Origin: Octopus sinensis
Taxonomy: Eukaryota
Assembly (NCBI RefSeq): GCF_006345805.1
Contig: NC_043020.1
Coordinates: 22,134,001 to 22,198,000 of the forward strand
Direction of reading: 5' to 3'
DNA: 64,000 nt
Part shown: in pieces, positions 1 through 14,426 of the stretch
How the letters are laid out: each line of letters begins with the position of its first letter
How positions within the stretch are numbered: the first letter of the stretch is position 1
The notes under the pieces: model-generated
What the model saw: only the letters and a program-made list of their open reading frames with translations
Told to the model about the DNA's origin: nothing
Databases searched by the model: none
Program-made: the position numbers and the translations under genes

Positions 1-1244
1 AACAAAACAATAATATGCCTAAATCGGTCTAGAGGGTGCGCGTGGAGTGTGGGTCGTATTGTAAAAATTTGCGAAATATTTTTTCATAAAAGGATGCCCC
101 AGCTTGTCAGAGGCTGTGATATAAATTGGGAAAAAAATCCTCGACACCAGTGCGTAATTGGTACTTAATTTATCGACCCTGAAACGATGAACTGGTTTAT
201 TTACCTTTTGGACAAGCATGAGATACAAAAGTATTAAGTCGATTCTATCGACACCAGTGCGAACTCACGAACATGTATGTATGCTTGTGTGTGTATGTAT
301 ATCTCCGTTTGTATGTGTGTGTACGCTTATATATTAATTACTATGTGCTTGTGCAAATGTATATGCATGTGTTTGAGAGAGTGACAGAGAGTGTATGTGC
401 AAGTGTACGTGTGTATGTATCTGAATATATATGTGTGTGTGTGTGTGTGTATGCGGTGTGCGTCTGCTATGTTTGTTTATCAATATCTATAACGCAGCAA
501 ATGATTTGAGCTCAAATGCTGGCATTTCATTGGTTAAAATTCGAAGAATTAAACTACGTTAAACTTACAAATTACAATTTTGTTTACAATTTTGACACAT
601 TCTACCAGTATACGAAGTTTCAAATTGTTTAGTTAACTAGAAAATTCTGTCCATCATAAAGAAACGATCCCAAACAATTTTACATTAATCTGATGGGTTA
701 CTCCATACTTTTGGACAGATCTATCATTCTTAAACGGGAATGTTGTAGACAGTGATTTCGAAATATGGGACTGCAATACTTTAGAGCTAGTCTTGCCTTT
801 ATATAGGCTCTGTTTAGTTGGTAATTAGCTTTGTGGCAGAGGTGGGGGTATATGGAGAGATGTTTCTGAGAAATTTTTATCAATTAAATTTGTAGTTATG
901 TTATTGTTTAGAATGTATTGATGTCTGTAGAACTTTGTAAACAAGCCAGTAGGTGTTTCCCTTTTGTTAGGCAGGCACAAGGTGTGACAATATTTTCTTT
1001 GTTTGGATTTAACCTTTTTGTTTTGACAATGTAAATGTCAAAGGTACAAAGTCCAATGTTTAAACCTTTGGGTGTGTCAGTGGTAAGTGGTAAGACTGGT
1101 CATTTCTCTATTTATTGTAGTGGTTGTTTAGGTTATTTTCTTGTTTCCATTTGTAAGGTACTAGTTATAAGGTGGAGGCATGTCATGGCTTTGTCAGTAG
1201 AGGAAATTGCTCCATTCTCTACTCTTTTATTCTTTTACTTGTTT

Positions 1245-1537
1245 CAGTCATATGACTGTGGCTGTGGAGCACCACTTTTAGTTGAACAAATCGACCCCAG
1301 GACTTATTCTTATTCTATCAGTCTCTTTTGCAGACTGCTAAGTTACAGGGATGTAAACACACCAACATCGGTTTTCAAGCAATGGGCTTCTTTCAGTTTC
1401 CATCTACCAAATCCACTTACAAGGCTTTAGTTAGCGCGAGACTATAGTAGAAGACACTTGCCCAAAGTGCCATGCAGTGGAACTGAACCTGGAACCATGT
1501 GGTTGGGAAGCAAGCTTCTTACCACACAGCCACTCCT
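1245..1537 (-). mobile_element. tRNA-derived SINE (recurrent family; other copies at about 13150-13290 + and 24517-24800 +)
   Basis: Reverse complement reads GGAGTGGCTGTGTGGTAAG...GGTTCAGTTCCAC (A-box/B-box-like head) followed by GGGCAAGTGTCTTCTACTATAG; the same text recurs in several places in the window. Confidence 0.75.
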
Positions 1538-4151
1538 AATAATAACAATAATAACAATAACAATAATAACGATAATAATAACTGTTTCCAATTTTGGCAC
1601 CAAGCCAATTATTTTGGGGAGGCTACAAGCTGATTGCATCAATCCCTGTACTTGATTGGTATTTTATTTTATCTAACAATAATGATACTGATAATAATAA
1701 TCCTTTTTGCTGTAGGCTATATATATCAAACCCTTCCCATAAAACTATCATTTATTTTATTGACCCCAAAAGGCTGAAAGGCAAAATCGACCTTCAAACT
1801 CCCAGTCAAATGTTTATGAATTCAATTGCCCAATCTCTTTCAATTGTAGCTTTATTCACAAAAAGGTCCTTCTACAACCAATATCCTCTGTGTAGGGAGT
1901 CCACTATGTCATGGCTGATGGTGCACAGATGTGCAGCAAGGCTGCAGAATTTGTGAGGAATGTTATCAGGTGCTCACAGATCTTTACCAGTTGTGCACTG
2001 CACCTGCCAGTTTGTCACCCTTTGTACTCGACATACGATTAGTGGCTGGCAAATGCAACAATGTTTTCATATCAACGAGTGCCAACTGAATAACCTAATC
2101 TGGAAGATTTTCATCTCAGGGATTGCAGACAACCACCAGATACCCTGGTTTGGTATTGCTTCTTGGGTGGGAAGAAACTTCAAGTTTAGCATAAACTCTA
2201 TAAGTATGGTAGTGTCTGCCGTCAAGCCTGAATGAAACATGCACAAGGCAGGATTCGGTGTCCATATATTGCTGACCCTTGGAATTACATCAAGCAGCTA
2301 TTATGTGTAGGACAGATCTGGCCAGCAGCTGAGTCAATTGTGAAGTGTGGCCATAGGAAAGTGATTGTGTGACAGACAACTAAAAAGACTAAGAACAGAT
2401 AATTGGTTGAACCCTCATCATCTTCAAGTTCCACTTAGAAACCAGAGTACTGTTCACTAATGAATTTACTGAAATGTGTGAGTTTGGCAAGAGAAACCTG
2501 CACTTATAGATCTCAATGTTTATAAGTAGATCTTAGAACACAGATAACAGAGGACACCTACCCTTGGTGGTCAGAATAATCCTATGGGTGTGGGGTTCCC
2601 TGACATTATTGATGATGTGGAGAGGGGTCTCTGCAGAGGAAATTTCCAGAGGCAACAAACCATGCTCAATCGTGACTGAATGGAACCCTAAAAGGATTGG
2701 CAGGATGCTAGTTAGGAAAAAATTAGTTCATCATTTCATATAATAGTCATTAAGATTCTTACTAAAGTAACGTATCTTCTAACATACAAGTCACCATAGT
2801 ATATAGTGTAAACATTCAAACATTGTCACTATCTTTCCAAATCCTGCTGTATTTTCCCATGGAATATTTGGTCTGCCAAAGCCATGATGGTATAGCTGTT
2901 GACCTACCATTTTTGGTTGGACATTTTGGTCTGCAAAATTCGACCTGTGTGCTGAAAAGTATAGTATCGCAAATGAAAAACAAAATATAGCCTGCAGTCC
3001 TGATAAACCAAGTTATCCAGACCGTGTAGCCTGATTTAGCAGCCTTCTTTTATGATACAACTGCTGTTTATAGCTGACATACAACACTGTGCAACCAGCT
3101 GTTGCTTGTCAGTGAATACAACTGTGTAAACAGGTATCTTGACTTGTTGTTTGTAATGAGTGGCTGTGGAGTCTCCAGAAGACTCAGACACCCTATTAGC
3201 TCTGCCACCCTTCACTCAGTGGAGCATCAAAGACATGGCAGTTGTGGAAAGAGAGAGAGAGAGATGGGGTTTTGTGGAACCATCAGAGCTCATTTTCAGC
3301 TGAGTATGCTGGAACAATGCAAAACGAAGTGCTTTTCTCAGGGACAGTGTGTACTATGTGGCCCAAAAGCTGAATCCCTAACTTAATGGTTATGGGGCAA
3401 CCCCTACCCCACTACCCCAACTACCCAACCACACACTTTCACCTGCAGCTGAACCTTAACTGATACCTTAAAATAGATACCTTTTGAACTCAGGCAAGGT
3501 AGACTTGGTCACTGAAACTTAATCGTGTCAGTCAAAGCTGAGAGAAACCTGAGTCTGATGTGTGGTGGGGTGCAGTGGTAGTGGACTGTATTAAGCAAAC
3601 TTGTAATGAGAAAATTATGGGTTCAAATTAAGTTTGGAATGGCATGGGAGGAGCTAACTTAAAGCTGAAGCCTGTCTAAAAGGCTTCAGTTTTATTTGAT
3701 CAAAACTTTGGCCCCTGAGACATTTGAAAGAGTGAGAACACAAGAGTTTCCTCTGAACAGGATTCCAGTCTGTTGCAAAGGATGGTGGTGGTGGTGGTGA
3801 TGATAGCAAAATGAAGTGTCTTGCTCAAGAACACAGTGCATTGCTGCTAGTCTTGGAATCAAACCTACAACCTAATGATTGTGGGTTCACCATTCTAACC
3901 AATGGATTACATGCAATCACTTATTTAGTGGTATTTACAGCATCATTGATAGAAGAATCTAATCTGAGGGAGATTTGGCTGCTATTTCTAATAGCTCTAG
4001 CTATCATGCAGAGGTTTCTCTTGTTAGTTCATACATACATATATATCTGCATATTTTTATTCATATTTAGCATCAGAGTGACTCAAGGGCCAAGAGTTTT
4101 ATGAGTTGGCACTTATCACTCTGATGCTTCAGCTAAATATTGATAAAAATA

Positions 4152-5392
4152 TACAGGGTGATATCAAAAAGTTCCTGGACAAGTCATGTTTAATAAAAAA
4201 ATTATTTATTTACCAAATTTTGACATCATCTCCTTCAAAATAGTCACCTTATGAAGCAATACACCATTCTCAATGTTCCTGCTACTTTTGGAATCCAGCC
4301 TGGAAGTCGATTTCTGTGATTCTTTCTGGATCTTGACAACTGTGTTAAAATGGTGACCTTTGAGCAGCCTTTTCATCTTGGGAAATAGATGGAGGTCCAT
4401 TGGGGTAGGTTCTAAATCTGACAAATAGGGCAGGTGTGGAAGTGAGGAACTCAACTGTGAGAAGAGCTCAGTGACAGGTTGCATTGATCCACAGATCTGG
4501 TCCCTTTTGCCAAATGTCCTCCCTCAAGTGCTTCAAAATGTTGCAATAGGACCCTCGATCGATGGTCTGGCTCTGGGGTGTGAATTCTTGATGCACAATA
4601 CTCTGTGGATGTCAAAAGAAATGATGGCCATGATCTTGATTGAGCTGTAGCTCTGTTGTGCCTTCTTCAGTCATGGAGATGACTGACTCTTTCATTGTGG
4701 CATCTGCTAATTCATCTCAAGGCTGTACCCATAGACCCAACTCTCGTCACTGGTGATTATCTTTGACACATCATGGATGGGTCATCAGCAGTACGCTGAC
4801 AAAGATTTCAACAGACTTCGACGACACAGTGTTCTTGCTGCTCAGTGGTCATCTAGTTGGGGACAAACTTGACAGAGAGACGCTGCAGGTTCCATCCAGA
4901 CATTAGGATTACCTGCACAAACTCATACAACAGACCAACACCACCAGCAACATCATTGATTGTCCTCATGCAAAAGCCCACCAATTTTCTTCCCATTTCT
5001 GGGGGTGACACTCATGGCAGGTCTTCCAGGGATGTTCTTCCACTTTTGAAGAACCCATGCCACTCGAAACATTGCATATGACCCATTGCCTTGTTGCTGT
5101 AAGCTTACTAAAGCATACTCAATGTCTCTGCAGCAAACTTCCCAAGTTCAACATAAAATTTCACATTGGTTCTTTGTTCCAACGTCCTATCCATGACAAA
5201 AATCACAGACTACAGCATATACATGATCATAAAATCACAAATTTCACAATTTGCAAATTAAATACAGTGATGTCACTTGGTAGACTGCCTCATGAAGGTC
5301 ACTGCTAGCTCTCACTGCACATGCAACCATGTGCTGCCATCTGTTGGTGCACTGCAGAACTAGTCTGGCAACTTTGTGATACCACCTTGATA
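4152..5392 (-). mobile_element. Decayed Tc1/mariner DNA transposon (~1.24 kb)
   Basis: Imperfect TIRs TACAGGGTGATATCAAAAAGTTCCTGGAC (4152) and GTCTGGCAACTTTGTGATACCACCTTGATA (5363-5392). Minus ORF 4206-4484 has HLPYLSDLEP..DLHLFPKMKRLLKGHHF, a degraded mariner YSPDLAP region. Confidence 0.8.
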
Positions 5393-6160
5393 CTCATATT
5401 TTGAGTTGTATTTTTCCTGTTTGCATCACCATACCTACATATATGCATGAATAAACCCATGTGATTTGAGGGAGGTTTGGTTGCTATTTTTCTCAGGTTG
5501 AGCTGTCATATAGCAGCTTCTCCTCTGGGAATGAGCAGAGAGAGAGAGAGAGAGGGTGGTGGTGGTGGTGGTGGTGGAGGCAACTACTCCAAGTAAACTC
5601 GAAAGAGGGAACCAACAACTGCAAATGGTCAGCTGTATGGTTGGAATGGTCCTTAATCTGCCTTTTTTCTCATCATTGTTTTTACATCTTGATCTATTCA
5701 ATACAATTCCTGTCCAACCCATGCCAGCACAGAAACTGGATATTAAACGATGATGATGATGATTCCAAATCTGGATATTATGTGACATCATTCTTTGTAT
5801 ACCTTTTTCATACAAGTTGCTGTTCATGTATCAACGGAAAAGCATTTTCCTCAAAATTTTTCCTGAAAATTGCAAACCCTGCCCCAACACCTGTAACAGT
5901 TACAATCCCACTGCTCAAGGAAATTATAATTACTTTTAACAATTAAAGTTACCTTCCCCCTCCAACAATTGGAGTTATCCCAGAAAAATCTCACCCTCAA
6001 CATAAATTACTAACCTTTACATGCAAAAATTAAAAAAATTTCATCAAAGAATAACAATAATAAAAAACAATTCTTCAAAATTACCAGCCAATAAATTATG
6101 TTTTTAATTTAGCATCAGATTTACCATCTACCATTCTTTCTTTTTCTTCTTGTTCTTCAG

Positions 6161-6369
6161 GCAGCTATTTCTGTTATGATAATCCAGCAGCACTTCAAGA
6201 TCATATGTTGAAAGATCTCAGCTTGAAAGAATACCAATTTATGAGTTTTTATATGTGGTACTCTTGGCCGAATGTCATTCTCTGTTTCTTTGGTGGATTT
6301 CTTATTGACAAACTTTTTGGTGTTCGACTTGGAGCAATCATTTTCAGCAGTTTTGTCACAGTTGGACAA
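6161..6369 (+). CDS. MFSD1: MFSD1 coding exon (first visible; phase 1 to phase 0)
   Basis: ttcttcAG acceptor at 6159-60; encodes (G)SYFCYDNPAALQDHMLKDL...FSSFVTVGQ; GTAAGT donor at 6370. Confidence 0.97.
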
Positions 6370-9300
6370 GTAAGTTATTTTGCTTGTTTCCTGGATTTGG
6401 GATTTAAACCTTTAGCATTCAGATTACTTTGTAATGTTTATATTTGTTCAAATTCATTCGAATTAATCCTGCATTAAGGAAAATGGATGGTTTGAACATA
6501 AAACATAGGAGAAATATTTGAGTCAGATATGATTGGTTTAAATACTAAAGGGTCAGCTTTAATTCTATTTAATGCCTTCTTCCTTCTTTCTCATGAAAAC
6601 TTAATTTTTTGGAGCAAATAGCTGAGTGGTTATGTAGCTGAATTAGTGACCTCGTGGTCACAGGATCAGATCTTGGAGTTGTCATTATGTTGTGTCTCTG
6701 AAAGGAAGACTGTACAAAATCTTCTTTAATGAATTACATGTGACTCATGCAAACTTGGGAAGCATCACTGTCATACAAGCAATGTCTTTCGTCTCCAACC
6801 TTTCACAAAAACATGTCTGACCATGGGGGAAATATTACCTTACTTGGATAGAAGGTGAGGTTTGCTAATAGGAAAGGCTAGTTGCCCTTCTCATTGCCAT
6901 TTCTAATCTGTAAGGGCATTTGCTTCAAGGAATTCCATCTGACCAAAGTGGACTTTAAACAGTGGTCATCTTGGAGACGAGTACCACTGTCTCCATGTGG
7001 CATACTTGAAAATTGTAAAGACATCTCTCTTTATATGAAACTATTGGTAGCCTTATTAACCCACATCTAAAGAATATTTATCCACCAATGCAGTGTTGAT
7101 CATTGCAAGAGATTGCTGACAAGATATTGATCAGCTCAAAGTTTTGCTAGACGACATTTGTCCAATCAATGGGAATGAACCCAAACTACATGTCTGAAAA
7201 GTGATCTTCTTAACCACACAGCCACAGAGTCCTAAGCTGGAACTTTAATTCTAAACTAAGGCTAATTACAGTGGGCCACTAATGAGAGCCAAGGTGGACC
7301 AAGAAGTATTTTGTGGAGATGAGAATTGACCGGGATATGGCTTGGATGGTGCTTAGGGTGGCTCTGATGCCAACAAATGATGGATGCAGTGACATGCTGC
7401 AGTGTGCATGTCCCTGTACCTGATCTGACCTAACCTGACCACTAACACAAAGTGTAGGATTCTTGGTTCTAATCCAATCTGTGACTATGTATCCAGAGAT
7501 AAAACTGACAACTGCTGATGGCCATAGATGACCAATCCTACTGAAATGTTGAGTACGTGTAAACATTTCAAATATAAACTCATATATGCACCCTAAAATT
7601 CACAAATGAAGCAGTTGTTATTATTCTTAGTTTAGAAAGAAAAGTTCCTGGTTCAAACTGTATACACATTCATGAGTAAGACAAGACACTGGATGATGAT
7701 CAGAGATCTACAAGATCTCAAGATCTCAAGATGCATGCTTAAAATTTGGTTGGCTCTTGCAGAAAATAATAATTTTCTTAAAATATTTATTGTTGGCATT
7801 GGTGGTGAAATGACAGAGATATTAGTGTTGGATTGAAAACCTCTTCATCATCAAGATCCTTTAACTGATGCAGCCCAGCCAGTCATTGGGGTGCCACTCT
7901 AGATGCTTCCATAGTCACCAATCGCATGTACCTTCTGTTGTGATTTGTCCAGTTCTTGATGTTGTCAAAGCAGGATTTTCTGTCTTCTTCTCGTTTTGCC
8001 CTCCCTCGACTGTGCCCTGAAGAATGGTTTTGGACAGGGTGTTGTTGTGGGATACATGATCATATCAGGCAAGCTTTCATCTTTTCTACCGGCACAAGGA
8101 GTGGCTCCTTTGCTGCCCTATAAAGCTGTGTGTTTGAGATTTGTAGAAGAGGAAAAGGAGGAGGAAAACGAGAGGGGGAAGAATGTAAAAGGAAGAAGAG
8201 GGAGAAGTAATAAAAACAGAGAAGAGAGAAAATGAAGGAAGAGGATAACTTGTACTCGAATGCCTTGATTCTTTACTCCATGTCAAGAAAACCTCTTAGT
8301 ATTTATTTTAAACCTCTGTGTTCTGAGTTCAAATGTCACTGAAGTCATTTTGCATTTTATACTTCTGTGGTTGATAAAAAAAGGGACCAATATAAAGAGG
8401 TGGAATGATTAGGGGTATCAGTATTTGTTCTAGTTCTTTATATTATTGAGTTCAAATCTCAACTTGGAGGAGGGTGGCTGGGTAGATTTTATCCATTGCT
8501 TGCTTTAATCCTTTAGCTTTCAGGTTACTCTCTCAAATGTGTAATGCTTATTTATTTACATGGTTGTCAATTAATCCTGCATTATCTTGTGGCTTTGAGA
8601 TTTTGATCGTGTAATTATTTATTGTTAGAATGACATTGTAGGGTCAGTGTGAGAGGTGGGATGTAGTCAGTTTGAACATAAAAATAGGTAGAATTTTTGG
8701 GTGATTTGTCTTGTAAATGCTAAAAGGTTAATGTCATCATCACCAGGCACAAAGGATGGGACAACTCTGAGTTTTGAGGGTACCTTTGTCCCTTATGGTG
8801 GCCCTGTATAAAGTGTCATGGACACTACCTTTCTTCCTGATTAAAACCATTAAAAAAATAATGTCTATAATTAATTCACTCATTACTTTCCATTCTTTTT
8901 TCTCTCAGGTAGTATTTGCACTTGGCGGCATCTACAATAAATTATGGTTGATGGATATGGGTCGATTCATTTTTGGGTGAGTATTTCTGTGTAAGGGTTT
9001 TGGGGTTTCTCTTTGTGCTTATCATCTTCCTTCAATTTCTCTCTTCTCTGCTTTCATTACTTCTCACTCCTCTTCCTTCAACAGTCTTCTCTATTCCCCC
9101 TCCTCCTCTCCTCCCTACTCCCCCTCTCTCTCCAATGTTTTACCAGAATTAGGATTTGTTTTGTTGGAACTTTTTTCACCCATTCAAACAACATCATTCA
9201 CTTCAAATATTCTCCTCTCCTTCAGTCTCATCTGTCTGTCCATCTCTCTTGAGGATGCAGCATGAATGAATGATTTAGAAGGTGCAAGGTTCAATCCTGC

Positions 9301-12300
9301 CCTCTGGCATTTTCAACAAATGCCTCAGGTTGATACTTTGTGAGTGAAACAGAGTAGACGGAAACTGTACAGAAGCATGTCATATGGATTCTCCCTGGAA
9401 TTCAAAAGTTACATCCTTGTCACATGTTGCGTCAGGCTGATTCTGCCTGAGAATCATGTTAACCCTATCAAGCTGTATTCCCACTATAGCGGGAAAAGGG
9501 TTAAGCGTCATCTCAGCTAGATTCCCTGTAAATCAATAATGAACAACACACATAGTAAAAGAAGGTGCAACTGATTCTGTCCGTTAGTTTGCCTGCAATC
9601 GTTAGGTTTGAGCTGTATATGCAACTATTTATCTTTTTTGCTCAGGAGTGTGGAAGGTGGGTAAAGTTAGAACAGGGGCCCATGTCTGAGAGGGTTAAGT
9701 CTACCCATGTCCTGTGGTATATGGTTGTGAAACAGGGACAGTGAATTTAGAGGGCTACATGTGATGTGTATATAAGATGTGTGGTAAAGAAATATGGCCA
9801 GTGTTTCTTGACCAGAAAGTAAATGATTTGAAAATTCATTTACACCTACCTCGTCAACAAGGTGCTCCACCAATTAGTTAGTAAGTAGTAAAGTAAAGCT
9901 ACCTTCTCAAGTCATACCGTCTCATAGCAGCCACTTTCTATGGTATGTATATTTCCCACTGGGATAGGACGCCAATCCCTCGCAGGATTAACTCACTTTT
10001 ACCAGCTGAGTGAACTGGAGCAATGTGTAATGAAGTGTTTTGCTCAAGAACACAATGCATCACCTGGTTCACAATCTTACAATCATAAGTCCAATGCCCT
10101 AACCACTAAGTCATGCACCTCCACCCACCTATTAGTTCCCTTACTCTGTTTAATAATTCTGTCTGTGTGTCACCAACCTATTGTGTTATTTTTTATGTTG
10201 TTTAGCATTTCATAACAACCTTTCCCCTTGTTTCTGCTGATTGCTCCTTGCATCAGTGGAGGTTGGGTCAGGTCAGTCTTGATTGAGAAGACTTATAATT
10301 CAAATATGTTCCAGTCATGACCATTCCATCATCTTTTTTATTGAGACAATGTATCTTGGATTACATTAACTTCTGTACCTTTCTATGTTGTTGCCTACTT
10401 CCCAGATTAGTTCTGGCTAAACAGGTCTGTGACCAAGGTGTGTGTGTCTGTATATTATATATGTTTATCATTGTGCATATAAGGGTTGCCACCATTTACC
10501 GTTTGTGTTTCTCCTGACAGAATTGGAGGTGAATCCCTGGCTGTGGCGCAGAACACTTATGCCGTGAAATGGTTTAAAGGCAAAGAACTCAACATGGTCT
10601 TTGGTTTACAGTTGAGCTTTTCCCGAATTGTAAGTTGGGTCTTTTTACTCCTTTTCTATTTCGTGCTCTTGCTGTTGTTGTTCAACCCTAGGTCAACCCT
10701 GATCAAATAAACATTCCAGCCATGACCATCCCAACTTTTTCCTATCAACAAGAGATCCAGGGTCACAATAGTCTATACATTCTCTTCTAAGTTGGTATAG
10801 AGGGAATGCGGTTGCTATTTCTAGCAAAATCCTAGTGAAGGTGCAAGGCTTAGCAGTTAGAGTACTCAGCTCATGATCAAAAGGTCATGAGTTCGATTCC
10901 TGGCCGTGCAATGTGTCCTTGAGCCAGACATTTTATTTCACATGGCTCCAGGGTCCACTCAGCTGACAAAGTGAGTTGTACCAGTAATTAAAAGAGGCCA
11001 GCTCTGTTACATTCTGTGTCTTACTGAATCTCCATGAAAGCTATGTTAAGGGTATGTGTGTCTGTGGAGTACTCAGACACTTGCATGTTAATTTCATGAG
11101 CAGGCTGTTCCAACCGGAACCTTCATCATCATAACCGATGGAGTGCCAATTACATGACCGTGTTGAATGATTTTGTGTGTTTTTTGTGATTGCTGCTGGA
11201 ATTGTTTAACCCCAGGTCAACCCTGATTGAGCAGACTTATCTTCAAGGGTACTCCAACCATGACCATTCTGTCTTTTCAAGACGCCTAGGAATATATTAT
11301 CTAATATGTCCTTTATATTATTTAATGTGGGATTTTGCTGTAATTTGGCTGTTATTTCTAGCAAGTTGAACTATATTATTGTATGCATCTTTATTTAAGA
11401 AGTCAGGGGTGTTATTTGAAGGAGAGTTGGCTATTATTTCTAGCATTCATTGGCTCATCATGACTGTAATTGTTGTTATTCTTATTTATTCCCAGGTTAT
11501 GTCTGACTGAATACACCTGTAATGAAATGTTCTCAAACCATGCCTATCCTATCTTTTTAGGACATCTTGGAGGATATTACAGATGTTATGATGGATTGTG
11601 ACTGAGGTTTGGCTGTTATTTCTAGCAGGTTGAGCAACCATTCAGAGGTTTCCTTATGACCTCACTGTTTGTGTCATAGGGCTCTGGTGATTTTTAACCC
11701 TAGGTCAGTCCTGACTGAACAGAACTATGATCAAAGGCATTCTACCTGTGGCCATTGCATCTTTTATTCAGACAGTGTATGTTAGTTAGTTAGTTAATTT
11801 TTTAGCTCAAAAAGCAAAAAGCAAGGCCATGTAGGGGGACATGGAGTTATGTACAGGGTGATGTTCATGTAAAGAGTTCAGGCCACTTAAGGTCAAGGAA
11901 GACTTTGAACAAAGTGGCCGTCGGCATCTTCACCATCTCGTCTGGCAGCTTGTTCCACGGATCCACAACCCAGACGGAGAAAGCCCCTCTCCTTCGATTG
12001 AGATGAAATCGTCGCAGATAGAGTTTTTCAGAATGACCCCGCAGCCGACGCTCTGGAGCAGGAGTGAAAAACAGCTCTTTCGAGAGGTTACACTTTCCGC
12101 TTATGATGTTGTGAGCGAGAATGAGATCACCACGGCGGCGGCGTTTTTCTAGAGAATAAAGGTCGAGCGTCTTCAGCCTTTCTTCATAAGACAAATTCTT
12201 GAGACCATGAACCATGTGGGTAGCCAGCTTCTGGACTCTTTTGAGATGCTGTATGTCTTTGAGGAGATAAGGAGAAGAGGCTCGAATCCCGTACTCCAAT

Positions 12301-14372
12301 ATGGGTCTCACCAGCGTGACATAGAGCGGTAGGAATATGGCTGCTGTGAGCATTCCGAATGACCGTTGAATCAAGAACAGAATTCTGCGTGCTTTGTTGG
12401 CAGCATGGACGCACTGGGCCGAAGGCGAAAAGGAGGAATCCACCAAGATACCTAGGTCCTTTACCTGATCGGTCCTCTCCAGCAGCAGACGACCCAGCTC
12501 GAAATCAAGTTGAGTTGCAGGAGGAGAGCCAACAGGCAGATGACAGCACTTTGACACGTTTAGACACAGGTCCCATTCATTAGACCACTTCCAAATTTGG
12601 TGGAGGCATCAACGAAGATCTTCTATATCACCGTGAGGAGCAACCAGTTTGACATCGTCGGCAAATAGAAGGGTGTGTTGTGTGAGGTCGTCGGGCAAGT
12701 CATTTATGAAGACTAAGAACAATAAGGGCCCAAGCACTGAACTTTGAGGCACGCCACTGCTCGCACTGGAGACGTCGGATCGCGAACCATTAACTTGGAC
12801 TTGGAAGGAGCGATCTGAGAGGAAGGCACCAACCCATCGTACAATAACCGGATGGAAACTATATGCTTGAAGCTTGACAAGTAATAGGCGGTGGTTTACC
12901 GAGTCAAAAGCTTTGGCAAAGTCCAATAATACGATGTCAACAGCATCACTATCATCGAGGATGTGCGTCACCAATTCTTCTATTACCAGTAAGTTGGTCA
13001 AGCATGATCTCTTCGGCATGAAGCCGTGTTGGGAATCAGAGATAGAGGCTGTGTTTTGGAGGTGGAGCATCATACTTTTCTTAAGGATGGTTTCGAACAT
13101 CTTGCTGATTATTGATGTAAGGGAAACCGGTCGGTAGTTAAGCGGGTCAGGAGTGGCTGTATGATAAGAAGTTTGCTTCCCAATCACATGGTTCTGGGTT
13201 CAGTCCTACTGTGTGGCACCTTGGGCAAGTGTCTTCTACTGTAGCCAACAGATGCCCTTGTGAGTGGAGTTGACAGACAGAAACTGAAAGACACACACAC
13301 ATACTTATATATGTATGAGTGTGTGCGTTTGTGCCTATGATGTGTTTATGTTCTCATAACTTAGTGATTTGGCTAAAAAGACTGATAGATTAAGTAAATA
13401 AATACAAGTATTCATTGTTCATGGCTGCAATCCAATGTCTGAAATGAGTAAAAGATACAAAAGACTTTATTGAACACGACCTTCGTTTTATTTAAAGTTC
13501 TTGCATTTTGTCTGTGTGTCTCTGACATTCCTGTAAATTGGAGTCCTTTAAAAGTGTTTTAGTTAATGGGATAATAGTCTGTCTAACAATTTACAAATGT
13601 CAAAAAAAGAAAAAGAAACGACGATTGAAGAAGCTGCAAAAGGCAACGAAAATTTTAGGAAAAATAAATAAGTAAATGAGTGGAAATCGAACTGGTGAGT
13701 GTGTTAAGTAATAAGGCATGAAAAGAGAATGACTCAGCCCAGACTCAATAAAATAAAAGAAATATATAAAATACATATAAAGGGAAGTAATCATTAAAGA
13801 CCTGTAGTACCAGTCATTTCCCTTGTAATATGCCTGGGCCGCGAGAATTGTTGAAAGAATACCTCGTTTATATATATATCCTAAAATTAGTTTCAGAATT
13901 ATTTGTGTGTGCGTGTGTGGTGGTCAGCACTGGACCAAATTACAGGTGGCCCCTTGGCAAGTCCTAGCACTTGCTAACTACTCGAGCTCAACTCTTGGAA
14001 TACAGCATGGTAGATATGAAGTATTTTAGCAGATGAACCTAATAAGTCAATGGTGAATATCTTTAGATACTGAGAGGATGAACAGACAACAAACTATCAG
14101 TGGCCAGCATGAACCAGTCCAATTAGCAAACTATTGCTATCATTTGTAGTCGGGATGTTTGCAGATGAAATATTTTAGCTAATGAAAAACCAATATGAAT
14201 TATTGGCCGTTCAACCGGATGAGGGTGATGTTGCTGGAATTTCAAAGTCACGGTCAACAATATTCTTAAGCAAGAATAAACTATATGTATAACCCATGCT
14301 AGCATGGAAAGCGGACGTTAAATGTATGTACACACACACACACACACACATATACACATACATACATGTGTT

Positions 14373-14426
<54 letters not shown>

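Noticed and set aside
1035-1430. 131-aa hydrophobic ORF as a possible MFSD1 first exon
   Set aside because: No match to the MFSD1 N-terminus (CDP...HR...MCFL), and its 3' part overlaps a SINE.
13150-13230. tRNA-like A/B boxes as tRNA genes
   Set aside because: No cloverleaf or anticodon arm; they continue into multi-copy SINE bodies.
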